Shown here: positions 1 through 9,345 of the stretch, piece after piece
How positions within the stretch are numbered: the stretch's first letter is position 1
How the letters are laid out: each line of letters starts with the position of its first letter
Assembly: GCA_963744995.1 (NCBI GenBank)
Contig: CAVUWA010000011.1
Coordinates: forward strand, 96,001 to 160,000
Length of the DNA stretch: 64,000 nt
Reading direction: 5' to 3'
DNA from: Candidatus Eiseniibacteriota bacterium
GTDB taxonomy: Bacteria; Eisenbacteria; RBG-16-71-46
Position numbers and translations under genes: made by a program
The notes under the pieces: model-generated
Told to the model about the DNA's origin: nothing
The model's input: only the letters and a program-made list of their open reading frames with translations
Databases searched by the model: none

Positions 1-2516
1 CCCGAGAAGGCGCCCGGGCTCGCCATGAACGAGCCGAAGAAGGTGCCGTCGCCGGGCGTCACCGTTCCCGCGCCGGGGTTGGTCGGGTCCTTCCGTAGAC
101 CGCTCGACGCATCTCCGACGGTCTGGAAGTTGCCGACCCCCGGCAACAGGCGGAACACGAGGTCGAGTCTCATGCTGTCGCCTGCCGCCGTCACGGTCAG
201 CGAATCGCCGGGCACCGCGTACCGGAACAGGTCCCCCCTCGCATCGGAGACGTTGAGGCCGATTTTGATGAGCGCCGTGGTCGTGTCGAACGCCGCCGTG
301 CCCGGCAGTCCCGGCGTTTCGTTCGCGGGGAACGTGTCGTTGAACAGATCCCATGGATCGGCGGAGATCAGCCTCGGCAGGTCGTCCACGATCCCGATCG
401 CCATCTGGTCGAAATAGAGGCCGTCGGTCGAGGCGCATCCGGTGGTCACCCCGAAACGGTAGCACTGCGAAAGCTTGATGACCCCCCAGCGCAGCGAATC
501 GGGAATGCCGTTTGGATTCGACGTGGCGCCGAGGCCGTTTGCGAACAGCGGCTCGATGTCCGACACGCATTCCTTGTTCGGATCGAAGATCATGAACCCC
601 GGGTAGCGGATCCGGCCCCAGCCCTCGTCGCCGGGCACCTGCTGCATCGGGTAGGCCTGTGCCGCGATGTAGATCATCTGCCCCGTCGTGAACACGTCCA
701 GCGCCCCCGTGTAGAACTCGAGGTAGAAGTAGTAGTCGTCGGTGGCGAAGCGCTCCGAGGCCGTGAGGTTCATGTTGTTCTTCGCCGGGTCCTTGGAGTT
801 CTGGTCGGCGCCGGCCAGGTTGATGGTCGGTGACATGAACCCCCAGTAGCCCTCGTGCTCCGTCGATTGCGTCTCGGGGTCGGACATCGCCTCATTCATG
901 TCGTGCAGCCCCATCGAGCCCACGACACCGCTCAGGTTGCACTTCCGGTCCGACGAACCGACCGGCCCGCAGATGTCCTCGTACACCAGCGTGGCCACGT
1001 CGTGCGGGTGGAAGTACGTGGCGGGCGGCTTGCCGGTCGAGTGCCAGGCATCGTCCGCGGACGCGAGGTTGTCGATCGAGCCGGGCGACTCGAAGTCGCC
1101 GATGGTCGTGAAGCCGCCGCCGGCGTCGATTTCGACATCGTCGATCACTGCCGCGCCGGCGTAGTTGGACGCGTAGCTCGCGGCATCGTCGAACGACCGG
1201 TTGGTGTGCACCCTGAAGACGAGCCGCAGCTTCCCCGCCTGCCCGGTCGCCGCGGCGGAGTCCAGCAGGGCCTGCACGCTGGCGTCGGAGATCGCGATCG
1301 TCGTCGTCTGGACGGCGTTGAACCCGGACGCCCCGAACAACCAGAGCCGGGCGTCCTTCTCGACCACCTCGTTGAACCAGCGTCGCAGTGGATCCTGCAC
1401 GACCCGGCGGCCCGTCGCCGGGTCGATCACGCCCGCGCTGATCAGCATCGGATCGTCGTCCATGGGGTGGATCGACGTCTTCCACTCCCCTTCCACCGGC
1501 GCCCCGATGTAGAGCTGCAGGGAATCGATCGGGGCGAGCGCGTTGCCCCCCGCCTCCGCCGAGATGAAGTTGCCCGGTGTGTACTGGTTCTGGCTGAGCT
1601 CATCGCCTTCGTGCCAGCCCGTGCGGTAGCGGGGATCGGTGTCCTTGCCGGTGGACATGTCCGTGCGCCACTTGAACCGCACGGTGATGCCGCCGCCCGC
1701 ATACGCGGACAGATCGACGTTCCGATACAGCATCTGGTCCATGTCCCCGATGTAGCCGGGGAAGTACGAAGGCAGTTGTCCGGCCCCGTAGCTCGAGCCG
1801 TAGAGGAAGACCTGCGTGTCGGCGTTGTACGCGTTGTTCGTCACCGGATCGACGTAGGTGACGTCGCCGAACGAGCGCATGCCCATCCACGCCGAATACG
1901 AGCCGCCGAGGGGTGACCAGTACGGGTTGAGCGGCGGCGCCCCGCCGAGCCCCGGCTTGAACACCTGCGTCGCGGCCGAGCCGGCGTCGCGGTGCCACAT
2001 GCCCGTGACGCCGTAGGTGCGGCTGCTGCCGCTGCCGGGATTGAACGCGAAGTTCACCGAATTGCCGTAGGAAACCGCCCACCAGGGGCGGTTTTCGTCG
2101 GTCAACGTCGAGCCGCTGGAGTTGGTGTGCTGCACGCGCACCGACCACCAGCCCGACAGGCTGTCGCCATGCACCTGCTGTGCGGGCTCGAAGTTCCAGA
2201 GACCGTCGTCGTTGACGCCTGGCCGGTTGCCGCCCGCGACGCCGCCGACCTTCCACCAGTTGTCCGCCGTGTTCGCGCCCGACCAGTGGCCGACCCAGAT
2301 GGTCTCGGGGTCGGAGGTCGCCGTCGCGGTGCCGAGCGGCGCGAAGCGGGACGGCGTCCGGTCGCGATCCCCACTGCGGATGAGCTTGATCTCTGCGTGC
2401 CCGGCGAGATCGTCGCTCGCCCGTGCAGAGGGCGCACCCGCAAGGAGCGCGATGGCGAACACCCCTCCCATCAGGGCGACGAGTTGGAGCGTCTGCGACG
2501 TGGGGCGGCTCAGCAT
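1..2516 (-). CDS. Large secreted protein (>838 aa), partial; runs off the left edge
   Basis: Absent from the ORF track because it has no stop in the window. ATG at 2516 follows a GGAGG RBS. Hand translation is open to position 1: MLSRPTSQTLQLVALMGGVFAIALLAGAPSARA (signal peptide), then W/Y/G/D/N-rich beta-type sequence. Confidence 0.85.
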   Translation of the reverse strand, partial: MLSRPTSQTLQLVALMGGVFAIALLAGAPSARASDDLAGHAEIKLIRSGDRDRTPSRFAPLGTATATSDPETIWVGHWSGANTADNWWKVGGVAGGNRPGVNDDGLWNFEPAQQVHGDSLSGWWSVRVQHTNSSGSTLTDENRPWWAVSYGNSVNFAFNPGSGSSRTYGVTGMWHRDAGSAATQVFKPGLGGAPPLNPYWSPLGGSYSAWMGMRSFGDVTYVDPVTNNAYNADTQVFLYGSSYGAGQLPSYFPGYIGDMDQMLYRNVDLSAYAGGGITVRFKWRTDMSTGKDTDPRYRTGWHEGDELSQNQYTPGNFISAEAGGNALAPIDSLQLYIGAPVEGEWKTSIHPMDDDPMLISAGVIDPATGRRVVQDPLRRWFNEVVEKDARLWLFGASGFNAVQTTTIAISDASVQALLDSAAATGQAGKLRLVFRVHTNRSFDDAASYASNYAGAAVIDDVEIDAGGGFTTIGDFESPGSIDNLASADDAWHSTGKPPATYFHPHDVATLVYEDICGPVGSSDRKCNLSGVVGSMGLHDMNEAMSDPETQSTEHEGYWGFMSPTINLAGADQNSKDPAKNNMNLTASERFATDDYYFYLEFYTGALDVFTTGQMIYIAAQAYPMQQVPGDEGWGRIRYPGFMIFDPNKECVSDIEPLFANGLGATSNPNGIPDSLRWGVIKLSQCYRFGVTTGCASTDGLYFDQMAIGIVDDLPRLISADPWDLFNDTFPANETPGLPGTAAFDTTTALIKIGLNVSDARGDLFRYAVPGDSLTVTAAGDSMRLDLVFRLLPGVGNFQTVGDASSGLRKDPTNPGAGTVTPGDGTFFGSFMASPGAFS

Positions 2517-2792
2517 GACGGCACCTCCGCGGTCGATGCGTCGTGCCGGGTGCGGCCATGGATCCCGGCATCCATGTCGGCCGGCGCGCTCGGAGTGAGC
2601 GCGTCCGGCAGCTGCGGCGGGGGATCTCCAGCCCGGCGGCGCTGCGGGAGTCGGCGGGCCGCCAAAGTCTACCGGCGAGGTGGCGGGGCTTAAAGGTTTT
2701 TCTCCACCGGGGACGTTTCGCGCCATGCCGAATGCCCCGCGCCGCGACAGCCCTTTGCCATGCGCCGCGGCGCTCCCTAGACTGCGTCCATC

Positions 2793-4229
2793 ATGAGCCC
2801 GGCCAACGGATTGCCCGACGTCTCCCGCTTTCTCCCCGGGGAGCTCGTGGCCGAGCTGCTCGCCATCGCACGCGCGAAGGGCGCCGAATTCGCCGAGGTC
2901 TACGGCGAGCACACCCTGAGCACCGGCTTCGGGCTCGATGAGAACCGCATCAAGAGCTCCTCCTACGCGGTCACCCAGGGCGTCGGCGTGCGCGCGATCA
3001 AGGGTGAGGTCACCGCCTACGCCTACGCCGACGGCTTCGAGGCGAACGACCTGCGCGAAGCGGCGCGCGTGGCGGCACGGGTCGCGAACGCCGCGGGCGC
3101 GGACGGCGCCCCGGCACCGTTCCGCGTCGTGGACGCGCCCCCGCCGTTCGTCGTCGAGCGTCCGGTGTCGCTCGCGCTCGACGAGGCGAAGCGCGTCTCC
3201 ATGCTGGAACTCGCCAACGACACGGCCCGCGCGCAGGATCCGCGCATCCGCGAGGTGTCGGCGGGCTTCGGCGACGCGGCGCGCTCGTTCATCGTCGCCA
3301 ACTCGGACGGCGTATGGGCCGAGGATCGCCAGTTCGTATCACGCTTCGCCGTCAACGTCCTCGCCCTGGACGGTGACAATCGCCAGTCCGGCTTCGCGGT
3401 CGCGGGCGGCGCGGTGAACCCGGAGCACTACCTCAGCGAACGCCCGCCCGAGCAGGTCGCGGTGAAGGCCGCGGCGATGGCGATCACGCTGCTCGGCGCG
3501 AAGGAGCCCGAGGCCGGCGCCTATCCGGTCGTCATCGGTCCGGGCTGGGGTGGCGTGCTGGTGCACGAATGCTTCGGCCACAGCATGGAAGGCGACACGA
3601 TCCGCAAGCAGACCTCGATCCGCGCGACGCAGATGGGGCAGCTCGTCGCCGCGAAGGGCGTGACGATCGTCGACAGCGGGCTCGTCCCCTGGAGCCGCGG
3701 TTCGTTCCGGGTGGACGACGAGGGGACCCCCGCCCAGCGCACCGTGCTCGTCGAGGATGGCATGCTCACCGGTTACATGTGGGACCTGCTGAACGCGCGC
3801 CTCACCGGCAACCGCAGCACCGGGAACGGCCGCCGCGCGTCGTACCGGCATTTTCCGCTCTGCCGCATGACCAACACCTACATCGAGCCGGGCGAGGCGA
3901 CCCCGGAGACGCTCATCGGCGACGTGAAGCGCGGCCTCTACTGCAAGGAGCTCGCGGGCGGCTCGGTGAACCCGGCCGACGGGAATTTCTCGTTCCAGGT
4001 CACCGAGGCGTGGCAGATCGAGAACGGCAGACTCACGCACCCGGTGCGCAACGCCACGCTCACCGGCAACGGCAACGACGCGATGCTCAAGATCGACGGG
4101 CTCGCGAACGACCTCGAGATCAACGGCGCAATCGGCTCCTGCGGCAAGAGCGGCCAGTGGAAGGCCGTCGGGGTCGGCCAGCCGACGGTGCGTTTCTCCG
4201 CGATCACGGTCGGCGGAACGCGCACATGA
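2793..4229 (+). CDS. tldD: TldD family metalloprotease
   Basis: HECFGH (HExxxH), DDEG, RMTNT and C-terminal CGKSGQ..VGVGQPT motifs. Confidence 0.92.
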   Translation: MSPANGLPDVSRFLPGELVAELLAIARAKGAEFAEVYGEHTLSTGFGLDENRIKSSSYAVTQGVGVRAIKGEVTAYAYADGFEANDLREAARVAARVANAAGADGAPAPFRVVDAPPPFVVERPVSLALDEAKRVSMLELANDTARAQDPRIREVSAGFGDAARSFIVANSDGVWAEDRQFVSRFAVNVLALDGDNRQSGFAVAGGAVNPEHYLSERPPEQVAVKAAAMAITLLGAKEPEAGAYPVVIGPGWGGVLVHECFGHSMEGDTIRKQTSIRATQMGQLVAAKGVTIVDSGLVPWSRGSFRVDDEGTPAQRTVLVEDGMLTGYMWDLLNARLTGNRSTGNGRRASYRHFPLCRMTNTYIEPGEATPETLIGDVKRGLYCKELAGGSVNPADGNFSFQVTEAWQIENGRLTHPVRNATLTGNGNDAMLKIDGLANDLEINGAIGSCGKSGQWKAVGVGQPTVRFSAITVGGTRT

Positions 4230-5614
4230 GTGACGCGCGCACGCTGAATCCGGCCGCTGCGGGCCCGATGATGACCGGCGTCGCGGAACGGGCGCTCGAC
4301 GCGGCGAAGCGCGCCGGCGCCACGCACGCCGAGGTGATGATCGAGAACGGCCGCGCGTTCAGCGTGAAAGTGCAGGGCGGCCATATCGATACGCTAAAGC
4401 AGAGCACGACGCACGGGCTCGGCCTCCGCGTCCTCGTGGACCACCGGATCGGTTTCGTCTCGACGACCGACTTCCGCGGTGAGGCGCTCGACGACCTTGC
4501 CGAACGCGCCGTGGCGCTCGCCGCATTCGCCACCGCGGACGAAGCCAACGCCTTCGCGACCGCCGTCGAGGCGGGTGAGGCGCCTGCGACGGACCTCGGC
4601 CTCTACGACCCGGCGATGCTCACGCTCACACCGGAGAAGAAGATCGAGATGGCGACGACGCTCGAGCGGCTCGCCCTCGCGCACGACCCGCGCATCAAGC
4701 GCACGCAGGGCGCCGGCGTCGCCAGCCACGACGGCGCATCGCTGCTGGTCAACACGCACGGACTGTCGCGCTTCGAGACCGGCACCTCGGCGAGCGTCTA
4801 CGTCGTGCCGCTCGCCGACGACCGCGACGGCCGCCAGCAGAACGGCTACTTCAGCGCCGCCTGCCGGGCGCTGGCCGACCTGCCGGATCTCCAGGCCGCG
4901 GCGACCGAGGCCGCCGAGCGCGCGGTGGCCCGCATCGGCGCGCGGCCGGTGCCGTCGGCGCGCGTCCCCGTCGTCATGCATCCCGACGTCGCCGGCGCAT
5001 GGATCGCGGAGATCCACGGCGCGTTCAGCGGCGAGGCGGTGATCAAGAAGGAATCGTGGCTCACGGAGAAACTGGGGCAGACCATCGCCTCGCCGCTCGT
5101 CACGCTGGTGGACGACGGCGTGAAGCCGGGCGCCGTGGGCACGAGCCTCTACGACGGCGACGGCATCGCCACGCGGCGCAACGTGCTGATCGACGCCGGC
5201 CGCTGCGCGATGTTCCTCTACGACCTCTACCACGCACGGCGCGCCGGCGGGCGCTCGACCGGCAGCGCGGTGCGCTCCTACGGCTCGACCCCGGGGATCG
5301 GCTCGTTCAACCTCTACCTCGAGCCCGGCGCCGACTCGCCCGAAGCGATCCTCGCGAAGGTGGACCGCGGCTTCTACATGGACGATCAGGGCTCGTTCGG
5401 CTTCAACGACGTCACCGGCGACTACTCGTTCCAGGCGCAGGGCTTCTGGATCGAGCACGGGAAGAAGACGCATCCCGTGGACGGCATCACCGTGGCCTCG
5501 AACTCGCTCGAGATGCTGAAGAACGTCGCCGCGGTCGGCAACGACCTGCGCTTCCTGCACTCGGTCGCGAGCCCCACGCTGCTGATCGCGGAGATGACGG
5601 TCAGCGGCGCGTAG
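4226..5614 (+). CDS. pmbA: TldE/PmbA family protein
   Basis: ATGA overlap with tldD. GLGLRV, DGDG, GDYS and SPTLLIAEMTVSG motifs; no HExxH. True start is MSDART inside ORF 3569..5614. Confidence 0.9.
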   Translation: MSDARTLNPAAAGPMMTGVAERALDAAKRAGATHAEVMIENGRAFSVKVQGGHIDTLKQSTTHGLGLRVLVDHRIGFVSTTDFRGEALDDLAERAVALAAFATADEANAFATAVEAGEAPATDLGLYDPAMLTLTPEKKIEMATTLERLALAHDPRIKRTQGAGVASHDGASLLVNTHGLSRFETGTSASVYVVPLADDRDGRQQNGYFSAACRALADLPDLQAAATEAAERAVARIGARPVPSARVPVVMHPDVAGAWIAEIHGAFSGEAVIKKESWLTEKLGQTIASPLVTLVDDGVKPGAVGTSLYDGDGIATRRNVLIDAGRCAMFLYDLYHARRAGGRSTGSAVRSYGSTPGIGSFNLYLEPGADSPEAILAKVDRGFYMDDQGSFGFNDVTGDYSFQAQGFWIEHGKKTHPVDGITVASNSLEMLKNVAAVGNDLRFLHSVASPTLLIAEMTVSGA

Positions 5615-5623
5615 CCCCGCCGG

Positions 5624-6565
5624 TCAGCCCAGCCCTTCGGCGAACCCGCGGCGCCAGCTCGGGTAGATCGGCTGCCAGCCCAGCTCGCGTTTCGCCTTCG
5701 CATTCGACGCGCCGCGAATGCGGGTCATCATCGATACGCCGCCCTCCCCGATCGCGAACCGGCCGAGCCACGCCGGCACCCGCATGGGCGGCCTGGCGCC
5801 GAGCGCGCCGGCGAGCACCGGCATCCACTCGGAGACCGGCGCCGGTTCGTCGTCGACGACGTTGTAGAGGCCGGGGGCGCCGCGCGACACCGCCGCAGCC
5901 GTCGCCCGCGCGGCGTCCTCGATGTGGATGAACGACCAGATGCCGGCCCCGTCGCCGACCACCGGCATCTTCCTCTTTCGCAACATGTCGACCAGCACGC
6001 CGTCCCGCGCGATGCCGGTGCCGGGTCCGTAGAACATGCCGTAACGCAGGGCCAGGGCCTGCAGGTCCGCCGCATCTCGGATCGCGTCCTCGAGGTGGCG
6101 GATCGCGGCCAGCGACCGGCTGAACGACTTCGGCGGATCGGGATCGAGCGGATCCTCCTCGGTCTTGATCGGCCCGCCCTCGCGCGCGAACGGCCACCCG
6201 CAGAAGCTCTGCGCGATGAAGCGGCGGGCGCCCGCCCGCCGCGCCGCCGCAAGCAGGGTGTCGGTGACCTCGGTCCGGAAGCGGTTGGTGAGTGCGAACT
6301 GCTCGTCGAAGTGTTTGAGGTCGCCGGCCTGCGAGAGCGCGGTGAGCTGATGGACGACCACCTCCGGCGCCGCGCCGGTGACGGCGGCGGTGAGCGCCTG
6401 CGGGTCGAGCGCGTCGGCCACCACCGCGCGCGCCCCCTGTGCTTCGAGCGCCGCGGCCTTGCCCCCGTCGCGCGCGAGTCCCGTGACCTCGTGTCCTTCG
6501 CGAACCAGCAACGGCACCAGCATTCTGCCGATCGCTCCCGTGCCGCCTGCAACGAAGACCCTCAT
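5624..6565 (-). CDS. NAD-dependent epimerase/dehydratase family protein
   Basis: N-terminal VAGGTGAIG Rossmann motif, LRYGMFYGPG, SFIHIEDAA. Confidence 0.88.
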   Translation of the reverse strand: MRVFVAGGTGAIGRMLVPLLVREGHEVTGLARDGGKAAALEAQGARAVVADALDPQALTAAVTGAAPEVVVHQLTALSQAGDLKHFDEQFALTNRFRTEVTDTLLAAARRAGARRFIAQSFCGWPFAREGGPIKTEEDPLDPDPPKSFSRSLAAIRHLEDAIRDAADLQALALRYGMFYGPGTGIARDGVLVDMLRKRKMPVVGDGAGIWSFIHIEDAARATAAAVSRGAPGLYNVVDDEPAPVSEWMPVLAGALGARPPMRVPAWLGRFAIGEGGVSMMTRIRGASNAKAKRELGWQPIYPSWRRGFAEGLG

Positions 6566-6571
6566 GAGGCA

Positions 6572-7324
6572 TCACTCCTCGCGCTCTCGTCCGCGTGCGG
6601 CCTGGTGGCCGGAATCCCGTGGCATCAATTCGTCTCGGCCCAACCGCTCGCCGACCGCGGTTCGCAACATCCAGATGCCGGTCGCCAGGATCCACGCCAG
6701 GAACGAGACGCGCGCCACGAGACCCGCTGTGAAGAACGGACCATTGAAGCTTGCGGAAAACGCCCACAGCGCGCCGGCGATCGAGAGCGCTGCGGTGACT
6801 GCGCCCCACCAGCCGAGCCAGCCGGCCGGCGATTCGGGCACGAGGAGCGCGGCCGAGACCGCGCCCACGAACAGCGCGACGGCGAACTGGCCGACGCCGA
6901 AGATGTCGAAGGTGTTCGCGATCAGGATCACGCGGAGCACCGAATCGGACAGCTGCCGGGTGGGAACGAGGCCGAGCACCGCATAGGTGATGGCCCCGAT
7001 GAAGACGGTCACCGTGATGAGCAGCACGCCCGCGACGGAGAGGTCCGGCAGGACGCCCCCGCCCCCGGCGGCGCGCAGCAACCGGCGCCGAAGAGCAAAC
7101 GCGCCCGGGACGAGCAGGCACACGAAGTTGACCGGGGGAACGATGCTGCTCGCGCGCAGGATGCCGGAGTGGTCCTGAATGACCCTCCGCCACGCGACGA
7201 GGGGCGCATCCGGGCTCGGCGCGGACGATACCCCCGCGTTGAAGACGAGGTAGACGATCTGCACGATCACGAATGTGACGAGCAGAAGACCGCTCCAGCG
7301 GTCCGGATACGATGTGTCTTCCAT
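6572..7324 (-). CDS. Multi-pass membrane protein, function unknown
   Basis: About 6 hydrophobic segments; GGAGGG RBS before ATG; 6 bp upstream of the epimerase gene. Confidence 0.75.
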   Translation of the reverse strand: MEDTSYPDRWSGLLLVTFVIVQIVYLVFNAGVSSAPSPDAPLVAWRRVIQDHSGILRASSIVPPVNFVCLLVPGAFALRRRLLRAAGGGGVLPDLSVAGVLLITVTVFIGAITYAVLGLVPTRQLSDSVLRVILIANTFDIFGVGQFAVALFVGAVSAALLVPESPAGWLGWWGAVTAALSIAGALWAFSASFNGPFFTAGLVARVSFLAWILATGIWMLRTAVGERLGRDELMPRDSGHQAARGREREE

Positions 7325-7492
7325 CGTCGCACCCTCCGCGATGATCTCTCTGCGCCCGGCCGGGACCGGTGCCCGGCATTCGCGGACCTTACAACGGTCG
7401 GGGGCGGTCGGGGAGGGTTCCGTCCACAGTTGCGCGACCGCGCCCTCCGGCCGCGATGGATGAGCACGGCCGCGTCACGACGAGGCCGGCGC

Positions 7493-9007
7493 CTACAGTC
7501 CGATCGCGCGCAGCCCCATGCCCACGACGCACGCGCCGAGCAGCACCCACACCGGCATCACGCGCCAGCGCCAGAGCAGCACGAAGCTGACGATCGCGAC
7601 GCCGATGCCCGCGTACGACATCGCGCCCTGACGCAGCAGTACCCAGGCGGCGGCGAACATCAGGCCGACGACGGCCGGCTGAATCCCGTGCAGGAAACCC
7701 TGTACGACGCGATTCCTGCGGAAGCGCTCCACCGAGGCGGCGACGAGCAGCATCATCAGGAACGAGGGCAGGAACACCGCGACCGTCGAGAACACGGCCC
7801 CCGACAGCCCGGCGACGCGGCAGCCGACGAACGTGGCGGTGATCACCACCGGTCCGGGGGTGACCTGCCCGAGCGCCATCGCGTCGGCGAACGCGTGCGG
7901 GGTGAGCCAGTGCTGGCCGCGCACGAGCTCGGCTTCGAGCAGCGGAATCATCACGAAGCCGCCGCCGAAAGTGAACGCCCCGGCGCGCAGGAACACGCCC
8001 GACAGGGCGCCGAGTGAATAGAGCCGCGCGGGCAGCGTGCCGAGCAGCGGCTCCGCGACCAGCAGCCACGGCAGGAATGCGCCCGCGTCGCCGCGCCAGC
8101 CGGTGAGCCTGCGCCACCACGGGCCGACGAGTCGGGCGCTCTCGCGCGCGGTGCGGCGCGCCTGCCAGCGCAACCAGCGCCAGCGCGCGCCGGCGCCCGC
8201 GAACGGTGCGCGCAGCGGACCCGTCGACTCGCGGAACACGCCGAGCAGCCCCGCGAGCCCGATCACCTCGACCACGCCGAGCCCGAAGATGGCGACGCCG
8301 ACGCCGGAGGCCAGCACCACGCCCAGGCTCCAGCGGTCGCGCGCGAGCGCGCGCCAGCCGCCCGGGCGGCCGTCCGCGTCGAGCACCGCCTGCCCGCCGA
8401 GCCGCAACGCGGTCGCCGCCACCAGGCCGCCCACCGCGGGGTTGAGCCCCGCGAACATGCCCTCGACCAGCGACAGACCGCGCAGCCACGGGTAGACCAG
8501 CGCGAAGACCAGCATCAGCAGGAACGACGGCAGCACGAAGCCGATGATCGTTGCGAGTGCGCCGGGCAGGCCGGCCATGCGATAGCCGATGAACGAGAGC
8601 GAGTAGGGCGCGACCGCGCCGGGCAGGCTCTGCGCGACCGCCGCCGATTCGAGGAACAGGCGCTCGCGGATCCAGCGCTTCTCGACCACCAACCGCCGTT
8701 CGATCTGCGCCAGCACCGCGAGCCCGCCGCCGAAGCCGATGGTGCCGAGCGTGAGGCTCTCGCGGAACAGCTCGCGCAGCGCGGGAACCCGCACCAGCGA
8801 GTCGGCGGCGTCGGCGTCGGGCGCGACCGGCACGCTGCCGAGGCGGCGAAAGCGAAAGACGAAGTGGAGCAGCGCCCCGATGGTGACGACGATGAAGCAC
8901 CAGGCGGCGATGCTCGAATCGGTCGCGAGATCCCACGCCATGAGGATGAGCGTGAAGATCGCGGAGCCGATGACGATGGTGCGGCGAACCGGATTTTGCA
9001 GCGGCAT
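7493..9007 (-). CDS. chrA: Chromate efflux transporter (long-chain CHR)
   Basis: Two CHR repeats: GFGGG..AQSLPG..FVLPSF and TFGGG..GQVTPGP..VFLPSF. Confidence 0.9.
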   Translation of the reverse strand: MPLQNPVRRTIVIGSAIFTLILMAWDLATDSSIAAWCFIVVTIGALLHFVFRFRRLGSVPVAPDADAADSLVRVPALRELFRESLTLGTIGFGGGLAVLAQIERRLVVEKRWIRERLFLESAAVAQSLPGAVAPYSLSFIGYRMAGLPGALATIIGFVLPSFLLMLVFALVYPWLRGLSLVEGMFAGLNPAVGGLVAATALRLGGQAVLDADGRPGGWRALARDRWSLGVVLASGVGVAIFGLGVVEVIGLAGLLGVFRESTGPLRAPFAGAGARWRWLRWQARRTARESARLVGPWWRRLTGWRGDAGAFLPWLLVAEPLLGTLPARLYSLGALSGVFLRAGAFTFGGGFVMIPLLEAELVRGQHWLTPHAFADAMALGQVTPGPVVITATFVGCRVAGLSGAVFSTVAVFLPSFLMMLLVAASVERFRRNRVVQGFLHGIQPAVVGLMFAAAWVLLRQGAMSYAGIGVAIVSFVLLWRWRVMPVWVLLGACVVGMGLRAIGL

Positions 9008-9345
9008 GGGCGCTTGCGGCCCGGACGGATGCCGGGCCGCGGCGGAGCCTCCATGGGAAGTCGAACGTGACGGGAAGGTGACGACGGAGAATCTTAACGC
9101 AGATCGGCCCCCGCGTGCGGCGCCGCGATGCGGGAGAGCCGGGGCGCGACGCGCCGGCGCGGTGGCACGGCGGGCGGGCGCGGCGCCGAGCGCGCGCGGC
9201 GGACGTGGCCCATGCGGATCAGCATCAGGGCGAAGACCGGGTTCGAGAGCAGCTCTCGTGAGCGGCGCCCAGCAGAAGCGCCGTGAATTGAGCAGCTCTC
9301 AGCAAATAGAGCCCCGGGTTCTGCCGGGAATGCTTACCATGTGGC

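Noticed and set aside
2793..5614. TldD/TldE as part of a RiPP cluster
   Set aside because: No precursor peptide, YcaO or other modifying enzyme is nearby; this looks like the housekeeping pair.
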